64,000 nt of DNA, taken from the NCBI GenBank assembly GCA_963422645.2, contig CAXXVO010000007.1:128001-192000 (forward strand). The letters run 5' to 3'. This DNA is from Alphaproteobacteria bacterium. Lineage in GTDB: Bacteria > Pseudomonadota > Alphaproteobacteria > UBA828. How positions within the stretch are numbered: the first letter of the stretch is position 1; each line of letters starts with the position of its first letter. Position numbers and translations under genes: made by a program. Positions 41,812 through 51,663 of the stretch are shown here, piece by piece. Below the pieces are notes generated by a model. That model was not told the DNA's origin. It ran no database searches and saw nothing but the letters and a program-made list of their open reading frames with translations.

Positions 41812-41993
41812 GGCGGAGGTGGGGACGTGTGAGCGTCGTTATATCGGTGACGTAGTTCCCGATGACAAAACTGCTTCCGGCGGCCGGCTCCGCACCCCGT
41901 ATTGTACCCGGCCCGTGGCCGTGGACGCGCGGCAAATTGCACCGCACCCGCTCGTCGGATGCGTGTTCTTCCGACCGCTGTCCCCGCCTCCAC
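41812..41993 (+). ncRNA. Candidate IS110 bridge RNA (copy 1)
   Basis: Non-coding left end; GGCGGAGGTGGGGAC pairs with GTCCCCGCCTCCACC to close about 180 nt with internal hairpins and short donor/target matches. Confidence 0.5.
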
Positions 41994-42056
41994 CGTGGCG
42001 ATGCCACGGCGTGATCGTACGCCGCCGTGGCGAGAGCGCAAATGAGGAGGAAGGCG

Positions 42057-43307
42057 ATGAAGACGGAAGGCTTGCACGTCGTCCGGCCGCGCGCGGCGGG
42101 TCTGGACGTGCACAAGATGGAGATCACCGCGACGGTTCGCCTCTGTGAGGGCGAGGGTGAGCCGGTGGTGGAGACGCGCTGCTTCGGCACGCTGCCGAGC
42201 GGTCTGGAGGAGATGGTCGCGTGGCTGACCGGTCACGGCGTCGAGGCTGCGGTGATGGAAGGGACCGGGGTCTACTGGCAGGCGCCCTTCGCGGCCCTGG
42301 AGGCGGCCGGGCTCGAGGCGATCCTGGTGCATGCGCGTCAGGTGAAGCAGTTGAAGGGGCGCAAGACCGACGTGGCGGACAGCGTGTGGCTGGCCTGCGT
42401 GTGCCAGTTCGGGCTCTGCACGCCTTCCCACGTTCCGCCTGAGCCGTTCCGGGAGCTGCGCGCACTGAGCCGCCAGCGCCGCGTCCTGGTCAGGCAGCGC
42501 TCCGCCGTGCGCAACCGCGTGCAGAAGATCATCGACCGCGCCGGTGCGCGCATCGGCGGCATCCTCTCCGACGTCTTCGGCGTCAACGGCCGGAAGATCC
42601 TCGACGGCCTGGCGCAGGGGACGGCGCGCGAGGTCATCCTCGCCTCGCTCACCAGCCACGTTGCGAACAAGCTGGAGGGGCTCGGCGAGGCGCTCACCCT
42701 GAGCCTGGGCGACAACGACCGCTTCATGCTCAACGACCTGCTGGAGGAGCATGACGCGCTTGAGGCGCGCATCGCGTCCTACACCAGGAAGATCGACGGG
42801 CAGATGACACCGTGGGAGGAGCAGCTCCGTCTGCTGACCACCATCCCCGGCATCGACCGCACCGCCGCCTCGACCATCCTCATCGAGATCGGCCCCGACA
42901 TCGGCGTGTTCGCCTCCAAGGAGCACTTCGCCGCCTGGGCCGGGCTCTGCCCCGGCAACAACGAGAGCGGGGGCAAGCGCCGCAACGCACGCACCCGCAT
43001 GGGCTCCAAGACCCTGCGCGCCTGCCTCGTCGAGTGTGCCCACGGCGCGGCCCGAACCAAGGGGTGCCAGTTCGAGGCTCATCACCGCGCCCTCGCCGCC
43101 CGGCGCGGCTACAAGCGCGCCATCGTCGCCGGCGCTCACAAGATGCTGCGCATCATCTATGTGGTGCTCAAGACCGGCAGGCCCTACTACGACCGCACGG
43201 CCGACTACGACGCTCTGATGGTCAAGCGCAACGCTCCTCGGTGGATCCGCATGCTCCGCCGCTACGGCTACATCGAGCCCGTAGGCGCGGAACTCAAGGC
43301 CGCCTGA
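42057..43307 (+). CDS. IS110 DEDD recombinase
   Basis: GLDVHK, VMEGTG, KTDVAD, TIPGI, GLCPGNNESGG. Confidence 0.95.
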   Translation: MKTEGLHVVRPRAAGLDVHKMEITATVRLCEGEGEPVVETRCFGTLPSGLEEMVAWLTGHGVEAAVMEGTGVYWQAPFAALEAAGLEAILVHARQVKQLKGRKTDVADSVWLACVCQFGLCTPSHVPPEPFRELRALSRQRRVLVRQRSAVRNRVQKIIDRAGARIGGILSDVFGVNGRKILDGLAQGTAREVILASLTSHVANKLEGLGEALTLSLGDNDRFMLNDLLEEHDALEARIASYTRKIDGQMTPWEEQLRLLTTIPGIDRTAASTILIEIGPDIGVFASKEHFAAWAGLCPGNNESGGKRRNARTRMGSKTLRACLVECAHGAARTKGCQFEAHHRALAARRGYKRAIVAGAHKMLRIIYVVLKTGRPYYDRTADYDALMVKRNAPRWIRMLRRYGYIEPVGAELKAA

Positions 43308-43579
43308 GCGGCCCGCATCTCGTCAGCCGGCTACGCGGGACCGCTTCGGACCACATCGGGGAAGTCCACCGCTCGTCTCCGCCGCGCCGACCCTGGCGGT
43401 CTCAGCCAACGCCGTGACCTCGGGGTTGGAGCGTCACCGCGCGTCCCTCGCCAGAATCTGTTTCACGGCAAACAGTCATGGTCCCCGCGGTTCTGAGCCA
43501 CCCCGTGGCATGAAACAGGAGCGGTTCGGCTGACGTTTTCCTTGCGCTTGCACCCATTTGCCGTGTCAGGATGGGTATT

Positions 43580-43761
43580 GGCGGAGGTGGGGACGTGTGA
43601 GCGTCGTTATATCGGTGACGTAGTTCCCGATGACAAAACTGCTTCCGGCGGCCGGCTCCGCACCCCGTATTGTACCCGGCCCGTGGCCGTGGACGCGCGG
43701 CAAATTGCACCGCACCCGCTCGTCGGATGCGTGTTCTTCCGACCGCTGTCCCCGCCTCCAC
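43580..43761 (+). ncRNA. Candidate IS110 bridge RNA (copy 2)
   Basis: Same sequence as 41812-41993. Confidence 0.5.
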
Positions 43762-43824
43762 CGTGGCGATGCCACGGCGTGATCGTACGCCGCCGTGGCG
43801 AGAGCGCAAATGAGGAGGAAGGCG

Positions 43825-45075
43825 ATGAAGACGGAAGGCTTGCACGTCGTCCGGCCGCGCGCGGCGGGTCTGGACGTGCACAAGATGGAGATCACCGCGA
43901 CGGTTCGCCTCTGTGAGGGCGAGGGTGAGCCGGTGGTGGAGACGCGCTGCTTCGGCACGCTGCCGAGCGGTCTGGAGGAGATGGTCGCGTGGCTGACCGG
44001 TCACGGCGTCGAGGCTGCGGTGATGGAAGGGACCGGGGTCTACTGGCAGGCGCCCTTCGCGGCCCTGGAGGCGGCCGGGCTCGAGGCGATCCTGGTGCAT
44101 GCGCGTCAGGTGAAGCAGTTGAAGGGGCGCAAGACCGACGTGGCGGACAGCGTGTGGCTGGCCTGCGTGTGCCAGTTCGGGCTCTGCACGCCTTCCCACG
44201 TTCCGCCTGAGCCGTTCCGGGAGCTGCGCGCACTGAGCCGCCAGCGCCGCGTCCTGGTCAGGCAGCGCTCCGCCGTGCGCAACCGCGTGCAGAAGATCAT
44301 CGACCGCGCCGGTGCGCGCATCGGCGGCATCCTCTCCGACGTCTTCGGCGTCAACGGCCGGAAGATCCTCGACGGCCTGGCGCAGGGGACGGCGCGCGAG
44401 GTCATCCTCGCCTCGCTCACCAGCCACGTTGCGAACAAGCTGGAGGGGCTCGGCGAGGCGCTCACCCTGAGCCTGGGCGACAACGACCGCTTCATGCTCA
44501 ACGACCTGCTGGAGGAGCATGACGCGCTTGAGGCGCGCATCGCGTCCTACACCAGGAAGATCGACGGGCAGATGACACCGTGGGAGGAGCAGCTCCGTCT
44601 GCTGACCACCATCCCCGGCATCGACCGCACCGCCGCCTCGACCATCCTCATCGAGATCGGCCCCGACATCGGCGTGTTCGCCTCCAAGGAGCACTTCGCC
44701 GCCTGGGCCGGGCTCTGCCCCGGCAACAACGAGAGCGGGGGCAAGCGCCGCAACGCACGCACCCGCATGGGCTCCAAGACCCTGCGCGCCTGCCTCGTCG
44801 AGTGTGCCCACGGCGCGGCCCGAACCAAGGGGTGCCAGTTCGAGGCTCATCACCGCGCCCTCGCCGCCCGGCGCGGCTACAAGCGCGCCATCGTCGCCGG
44901 CGCTCACAAGATGCTGCGCATCATCTATGTGGTGCTCAAGACCGGCAGGCCCTACTACGACCGCACGGCCGACTACGACGCTCTGATGGTCAAGCGCAAC
45001 GCTCCTCGGTGGATCCGCATGCTCCGCCGCTACGGCTACATCGAGCCCGTAGGCGCGGAACTCAAGGCCGCCTGA
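43825..45075 (+). CDS. IS110 DEDD recombinase
   Basis: Translation identical to copy 1. Confidence 0.95.
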   Translation: MKTEGLHVVRPRAAGLDVHKMEITATVRLCEGEGEPVVETRCFGTLPSGLEEMVAWLTGHGVEAAVMEGTGVYWQAPFAALEAAGLEAILVHARQVKQLKGRKTDVADSVWLACVCQFGLCTPSHVPPEPFRELRALSRQRRVLVRQRSAVRNRVQKIIDRAGARIGGILSDVFGVNGRKILDGLAQGTAREVILASLTSHVANKLEGLGEALTLSLGDNDRFMLNDLLEEHDALEARIASYTRKIDGQMTPWEEQLRLLTTIPGIDRTAASTILIEIGPDIGVFASKEHFAAWAGLCPGNNESGGKRRNARTRMGSKTLRACLVECAHGAARTKGCQFEAHHRALAARRGYKRAIVAGAHKMLRIIYVVLKTGRPYYDRTADYDALMVKRNAPRWIRMLRRYGYIEPVGAELKAA

Positions 45076-45347
45076 GCGGCCCGCATCTCGTCAGCCGGCT
45101 ACGCGGGACCGCTTCGGACCACATCGGGGAAGTCCACCGCTCGTCTCCGCCGCGCCGACCCTGGCGGTCTCAGCCAACGCCGTGACCTCGGGGTTGGAGC
45201 GTCACCGCGCGTCCCTCGCCAGAATCTGTTTCACGGCAAGCATATATGGGCTGAGCCGGCCGCACTCCGGCGGAGCCTGCGAGCGCACACGCCACCCGGC
45301 CCAGCGCCGACCGCGTCCGGCCGGACTGGAACGATGAAGTCTCGCGA

Positions 45348-46395
45348 TCAGGCAAGCTTGGCGCCCGTCGGCACGAGACCGGTTTCAGAGAACCGCCAAA
45401 GTGCGATGAGTAGCTTGCGGGCGAGCGCCACGACCATCACTCGACGAATACGTCCCCGGGCTCCGGCGGTGCGCCCCTCGAACCACTTGCTAAGCGCGCT
45501 GTCGGGTTGATGACGCAACCAGCGCCACGCTATTTGGATGAGGAGGGCACGGATCCAGGCCGGACCGTCGCGGCCGATCCCCTGATCGCGTTGCATTTCC
45601 CCGCTTGCCCACGGGGTCGGCGTCAACCCGACCCAGCTCGCAAGCTCACGGCGGTTGCGGAAGTCGCGGTAGAAGATCTCGTGCTCGAGCAGCCTCGCGT
45701 CGTTCGCGCCGATCCCATTCAGCTGGGTCAACGTCGCGATCTTGGCCGTCACCTTCTCCTGGCTTCCCTCCGGCGCGACCGGCACCGCGATAGCCTCGCC
45801 CTGGCGGACAACTTCATCTCGCTCGGCCTCGACTTCCGCGATCTGCCGCTGCACGAGCGACAGCCTCTCCACAAGCCGAAGGATCTCCTGGCGAGCCCGC
45901 GGCGGGAACGGCGATCCATACGCGGTCACCGCGTCCGCGAACCTCCGCTCGAACCCTTTGGCGCGCGGGTCCAGGTCGAAGACCCCCTGAAGCTTCAGCA
46001 GCCCCTTGATCGAGTTGGTCAGCGAGGTCCGCTCCTTCACCAGGCGCCGGCGCTCGCGAAGCAGTCGCTTGCGATCTTCCTCCTCCACGCTCGGAACCCG
46101 CACCTGGCTCAGCACCGCAGCGTCGCCCCGGTCGTGCGCGAGCAGCGCTCGTACCATCTTCTTCGCGTCAATCCGATCCGTCTTGCGCTGCTTCGCCTTC
46201 CGATTCACCAACAGGCTCGCCGGATCGAGCACCACCGTCTCGATGGACATCTCCCGGTCCAGCCAGCGCTCCAGCCAGAAGCCCTCGTAGCCCGCCTCGT
46301 AACAGCACAGAACGCGCACCTCTCGGCCGAGGGCCCGTTCCGCCTTGGCCCGCTGATGCTCGATCAGCTCTCTGAGGCCTTCGACGTCCGCTGGC
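45348..46395 (-). pseudogene. Second-type IS110 recombinase, 5'-truncated
   Basis: CYEAGYEGFWL, KTDRIDA, GLTPTPWASG, VALARKLL; the first catalytic strand is missing, cut by an IS21-type end at 46396. Confidence 0.85.
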
Positions 46396-46422
46396 TGTTG
46401 ATCGGCGTGCAATTTTGGCCCC
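46396..46422. mobile_element. Isolated IS21-type terminal inverted repeat
   Basis: TGTTGATCGGCGTGCAATTTTGGCCCC resembles the IR/internal repeats of the IS21 at 15727-18166. Confidence 0.7.
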
Positions 46423-46448
46423 GTAGTATCAAGCTACTTCAATAACTT

Positions 46449-48891
46449 CAGACTTCCTGACCTCGTGATGCTGGCTGTTCTGGGCAGCGTGCCGGGAACT
46501 CCTTGAATTCTGATACATTTCGGTTGTTTCAGGCGGTTTTTCGCTGGGTGTCGCGCCCGAGGTCTGATAGTATAATTTGATACCAATTGCACGGTCTCAA
46601 CCATGCCCAGTACCCTCCCAATGTGCCCTCCAGAGGCGGTCTCGATCGGCAACAGCTGCTTCGCCGTCCTGATCTCGGACGACACCTTCACCTACTTTTC
46701 CAACCTCATTCCCTTTGACAGCCACGCCGCCGATGACCGCACGGCCATGCTCTTGCGGATCGGCCGCCTCGCGGCGATCAGCGCGGTCTCGCCGCAGGAA
46801 CTGGCTGACGCTTTCGCTGTCTCGCGCGCGACGGTGCAGCGCGCACGACGGCGCTACCTGGCCGAGGGCGAAGCGGGGTTCATGAAGCCCCGGCGCGGTC
46901 GCGGGCCGTCGGTGTTCACTCCGGAGTTGGCGGAGAAGGCGACGGCGTTGCTGGCATCGGGCCTGAGCGGCTCTGCGGCGGCCCGGGTTCTCGGCGTGTC
47001 AGCGCCATCGGTCAACAAGTGGCGCCGTCAGGGACTGATCGGCAACACGGAGGCGGATGGGGAGCCCGGACGCTCAGCGCTGGCTGCGCCGCCTGACGCG
47101 GGTGCGGCTCCTGAAGGCCGTGTCGATGAAGAGAGTACCGGTGCCCCGGGGCCGGAGACGGCGCCGGGGCTGGAAGCGCAGCCGCAAACGGATCGCAGCG
47201 CGCGCGATCGGCGGGACCGGCAGGCGCCGATGGGGCGTGCGACTTGCGATGTTCCGGCTCGGGTTCTGGCCAGTTGTGGACAGGCGGGGCCGGTCGAACC
47301 GCAGTTCGCCGCCGCCGCCCGCGGTGTCCGCTTCGGCGGCGTGCTCGCCGCCCTGCCGGCCCTGCTGAAGGAAGGTCTTCTCTCCGAGACCGGTCTCCTG
47401 CCATTGCTGCCGAAGGGCTATTACGGCTTGCCTACGATCCTGCTCTTCCTGGCCTTCATGACCTTGGCGCGGGTGCGCAACCCCGAGAGCCTGCGCTACC
47501 AGGCGCCGGGCGAATGGGGCGCCATTCTCGGCCTCGATCGCTGCCCCGAGGTCAAGACGCTGCGCCGCAAGATCGCTCTCATCGCCGACGACGAGGCCGG
47601 CGTGCGGGCGTGGCAGCTCGCCCTTGCCAGGCGCTGGCAGGCGCCGACGAGCCGGAGCTCTGGGCGACGCTGGCCATCGACGGGCACGTCAAGGTCTACT
47701 CCGGCCGCAAGGGGCGCTTGCCCAAGCACTTCGTCTCGCGCGAGAAGCTGTGCCTGCCGGCGAGCGCCAGCTACTGGATCAACGCTCTGGGCGGCAAGCC
47801 GCTGCTCTGTCTGCACAAGCCGCTGGACCCGAAGATGGTCGCGGCCATCGAAGCCGACGTGGTGCCGGCGCTGCAGGAGCTTGGGATCGTTGGCGCCGGG
47901 GCGCCGGACCTGACCGCCGAGCATCCCGGCCAGCCGGCGCTCACCCTGGTCTTCGACCGCGAGGGCTGGAGCCCGGATCTGTTCCGCCGGCTGGCGAGGC
48001 GCGGCGTCGCCTGCCTGACCTGGCACAAGAACTTCAGGGGCGAGGACTGGCCGGCCGAGGACTTCGGCGCGATGACCGTTCCCATTCACGGACCGGCGGC
48101 GGACGGCAGCGCCACCATGCGGCTGGCTGAGAAGCCGGTGACGTTGCCGAACGGCTTCAGGGTGCGCCAGATCCGCCGCCTGCTCGACAACGGCCGTCAG
48201 GTGCCGCTGATCACCACCGATCCGCACAAGCCGATGGCTGAGGTTGCGGGCGCCATGTTCTCGCGCTGGTCGCAGGAGAACTTCTTCAAGTACATGCGTG
48301 ACGAGTTCAATCTCGACGCCCTGCCGACCCACGAGCTCGAGCCTCTCGATCCCGCCGCCATGGTCGTCAACCCGCTGCGGCGGGCCTATGACAAGGCAAT
48401 CCATCGCCTCGACCGCCAGCTTGGCCGCCTGCGCAACCGCATCGCCGACACGGCCCGGAAGAAGCAGCCGACGGCGGAACTCAGGAGGGAAGTCAGGGAC
48501 CTCCAGGATGTCCGCGACATCGTCAGGGCCAGCCGCAGGGAGACGCCCAAGCACTGCCGGGCCGGCGACCTCGACGAAGCCGAGCAGCTCGATGCCTTGC
48601 CCGCGCGCGAGCGCCTCCTCCTCGACGTCATCCGGATGATCGCCTACCGCGCCGAAACCCGCATGATGCTTCCCGTCATGCAGGCGCAGGGCCACAAGCC
48701 CCATCCCCGGAAACTGCTTCAAGCGCTGCTCACCGCCGATGCCGACATCCTGCCGGATCCTGGCAATGGCCTCCTGCGGGTCCACATTCTTGGCCTCGCA
48801 AACGACGCCTGCGACCGTTGGATCGATGCGGTTCTGAGCGACCTGAACGCCACCGAAACGGTCTTCCCCGGCACCCGTCTGCGCATAGTCT
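46449..48891 (+). mobile_element. Unclassified IS (ISNCY-like), outer copy, interrupted 70 bp from its right end
   Basis: Left IR CAGACTTCCTGACCTC; 2443-bp direct repeat with the inner copy; its tail resumes after 51409. Confidence 0.88.
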
Positions 48892-48911
48892 CAGACTTCC
48901 TGACCTCGTGA
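46603..48911 (+). pseudogene. Large HTH + DDE transposase (frameshift near 47641; C-terminus replaced)
   Basis: N-terminal HTHs; IDGHVKVY, LVFDREG, RWSQENFFKY. Confidence 0.8.
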
Positions 48912-51404
48912 TGCTGGCTGTTCTGGGCAGCGTGCCGGGAACTCCTTGAATTCTGATACATTTCGGTTGTTTCAGGCGGTTTTTCGCTGGGTGTCGCGCC
49001 CGAGGTCTGATATTATAATTTGATACCAATTGCACGGTCTCAACCATGCCCAGTACCCTCCCAATGTGCCCTCCAGAGGCGGTCTCGATCGGCAACAGCT
49101 GCTTCGCCGTCCTGATCTCGGACGACACCTTCACCTACTTTTCCAACCTCATTCCCTTTGACAGCCACGCCGCCGATGACCGCACGGCCATGCTCTTGCG
49201 GATCGGCCGCCTCGCGGCGATCAGCGCGGTCTCGCCGCAGGAACTGGCTGACGCTTTCGCTGTCTCGCGCGCGACGGTGCAGCGCGCACGACGGCGCTAC
49301 CTGGCCGAGGGCGAAGCGGGGTTCATGAAGCCCCGGCGCGGTCGCGGGCCGTCGGTGTTCACTCCGGAGTTGGCGGAGAAGGCGACGGCGTTGCTGGCAT
49401 CGGGCCTGAGCGGCTCTGCGGCGGCCCGGGTTCTCGGCGTGTCAGCGCCATCGGTCAACAAGTGGCGCCGTCAGGGACTGATCGGCAACACGGAGGCGGA
49501 TGGGGAGCCCGGACGCTCAGCGCTGGCTGCGCCGCCTGACGCGGGTGCGGCTCCTGAAGGCCGTGTCGATGAAGAGAGTACCGGTGCCCCGGGGCCGGAG
49601 ACGGCGCCGGGGCTGGAAGCGCAGCCGCAAACGGATCGCAGCGCGCGCGATCGGCGGGACCGGCAGGCGCCGATGGGGCGTGCGACTTGCGATGTTCCGG
49701 CTCGGGTTCTGGCCAGTTGTGGACAGGCGGGGCCGGTCGAACCGCAGTTCGCCGCCGCCGCCCGCGGTGTCCGCTTCGGCGGCGTGCTCGCCGCCCTGCC
49801 GGCCCTGCTGAAGGAAGGTCTTCTCTCCGAGACCGGTCTCCTGCCATTGCTGCCGAAGGGCTATTACGGCTTGCCTACGATCCTGCTCTTCCTGGCCTTC
49901 ATGACCTTGGCGCGGGTGCGCAACCCCGAGAGCCTGCGCTACCAGGCGCCGGGCGAATGGGGCGCCATTCTCGGCCTCGATCGCTGCCCCGAGGTCAAGA
50001 CGCTGCGCCGCAAGATCGCTCTCATCGCCGACGACGAGGCCGGCGTGCGGGCGTGGCAGCTCGCCCTTGCCAGGCGCTGGCAGGCGCCGACGAGCCGGAG
50101 CTCTGGGCGACGCTGGCCATCGACGGGCACGTCAAGGTCTACTCCGGCCGCAAGGGGCGCTTGCCCAAGCACTTCGTCTCGCGCGAGAAGCTGTGCCTGC
50201 CGGCGAGCGCCAGCTACTGGATCAACGCTCTGGGCGGCAAGCCGCTGCTCTGTCTGCACAAGCCGCTGGACCCGAAGATGGTCGCGGCCATCGAAGCCGA
50301 CGTGGTGCCGGCGCTGCAGGAGCTTGGGATCGTTGGCGCCGGGGCGCCGGACCTGACCGCCGAGCATCCCGGCCAGCCGGCGCTCACCCTGGTCTTCGAC
50401 CGCGAGGGCTGGAGCCCGGATCTGTTCCGCCGGCTGGCGAGGCGCGGCGTCGCCTGCCTGACCTGGCACAAGAACTTCAGGGGCGAGGACTGGCCGGCCG
50501 AGGACTTCGGCGCGATGACCGTTCCCATTCACGGACCGGCGGCGGACGGCAGCGCCACCATGCGGCTGGCTGAGAAGCCGGTGACGTTGCCGAACGGCTT
50601 CAGGGTGCGCCAGATCCGCCGCCTGCTCGACAACGGCCGTCAGGTGCCGCTGATCACCACCGATCCGCACAAGCCGATGGCTGAGGTTGCGGGCGCCATG
50701 TTCTCGCGCTGGTCGCAGGAGAACTTCTTCAAGTACATGCGTGACGAGTTCAATCTCGACGCCCTGCCGACCCACGAGCTCGAGCCTCTCGATCCCGCCG
50801 CCATGGTCGTCAACCCGCTGCGGCGGGCCTATGACAAGGCAATCCATCGCCTCGACCGCCAGCTTGGCCGCCTGCGCAACCGCATCGCCGACACGGCCCG
50901 GAAGAAGCAGCCGACGGCGGAACTCAGGAGGGAAGTCAGGGACCTCCAGGATGTCCGCGACATCGTCAGGGCCAGCCGCAGGGAGACGCCCAAGCACTGC
51001 CGGGCCGGCGACCTCGACGAAGCCGAGCAGCTCGATGCCTTGCCCGCGCGCGAGCGCCTCCTCCTCGACGTCATCCGGATGATCGCCTACCGCGCCGAAA
51101 CCCGCATGATGCTTCCCGTCATGCAGGCGCAGGGCCACAAGCCCCATCCCCGGAAACTGCTTCAAGCGCTGCTCACCGCCGATGCCGACATCCTGCCGGA
51201 TCCTGGCAATGGCCTCCTGCGGGTCCACATTCTTGGCCTCGCAAACGACGCCTGCGACCGTTGGATCGATGCGGTTCTGAGCGACCTGAACGCCACCGAA
51301 ACGGTCTTCCCCGGCACCCGTCTGCGCATAGTCTACGACATCGACGGGGCCTCGGAATCCGCGCGGCTCGTGTCACCTAAAATCAGCAGAGGTCAGGAAG
51401 TCTG
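48892..51404 (+). mobile_element. Unclassified IS (ISNCY-like), inner full-length copy, 2513 bp
   Basis: 16-bp IRs CAGACTTCCTGACCTC / GAGGTCAGGAAGTCTG; 5-bp TSD AGTCT at 48887-48891 and 51405-51409. Confidence 0.92.
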
Positions 51405-51405
51405 A
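49046..51405 (+). CDS. Large HTH + DDE transposase (two frames joined near 50084; about 785 aa if joined)
   Basis: Same motifs as the outer copy; stop TGA spans the IR/target boundary. Confidence 0.75.
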
Positions 51406-51554
51406 GTCTACGACATCGACGGGGCCTCGGAATCCGCGCGGCTCGTGTCACCTAAAATCAGCAGAGGTCAGGAAGTCTGAGTCTACGACATCGACGGGGC
51501 CTCGGAATCCGCGCGGCTCGTGTCACCTAAAATCAGCAGAGGTCAGGAAGTCTG
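51330..51554 (+). repeat. Three tandem 75-bp copies of the IS right end
   Basis: AGTCTACGACATCGAC...GAGGTCAGGAAGTCTG at 51330, 51405 and 51480; no spacers. Confidence 0.95.
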
Positions 51555-51562
51555 ATATTGTG
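51555..51562 (+). promoter_or_regulatory. Right half of a putative NrdR box
   Basis: ATATTGTG matches the 3' half of the NrdR consensus acaCwAtATaTwGtg, about 100 bp upstream of nrdJ. Confidence 0.45.
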
Positions 51563-51597
51563 TGAGGTGAGCTACGCTGATAGAGTGTGCGGGTGGG

Positions 51598-51612
51598 AAA
51601 CAAAGTGCGAAC
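51598..51612 (+). promoter_or_regulatory. Possible alphaproteobacterial LexA box
   Basis: AAAC-aaagtgc-GAAC, one mismatch to GAAC-N7-GAAC. Confidence 0.35.
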
Positions 51613-51663
51613 ATCAATAGAAATCGCGCCAATGGCCGAACATCCGGAGGCGCTGGACCGGCC

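Larger units (their letters stand above)
41702..43471 (+). mobile_element. IS110-family element, copy 1
   Basis: 1768-bp unit repeated in tandem and bounded by an AA core; no terminal IR or TSD. Confidence 0.92.
43470..45239 (+). mobile_element. IS110-family element, copy 2
   Basis: Direct repeat of copy 1 at +1768; shares the AA core at 43470-43471. Confidence 0.92.

Noticed and set aside
43445-43485. Sigma-70 promoter formed at the IS110 junction
   Set aside because: No convincing -35/-10 pair with correct spacing could be identified by eye
51330-51554. Possible CRISPR array
   Set aside because: Three contiguous identical 75-bp units with no spacers; they are IS right ends, and no cas genes are present in the window
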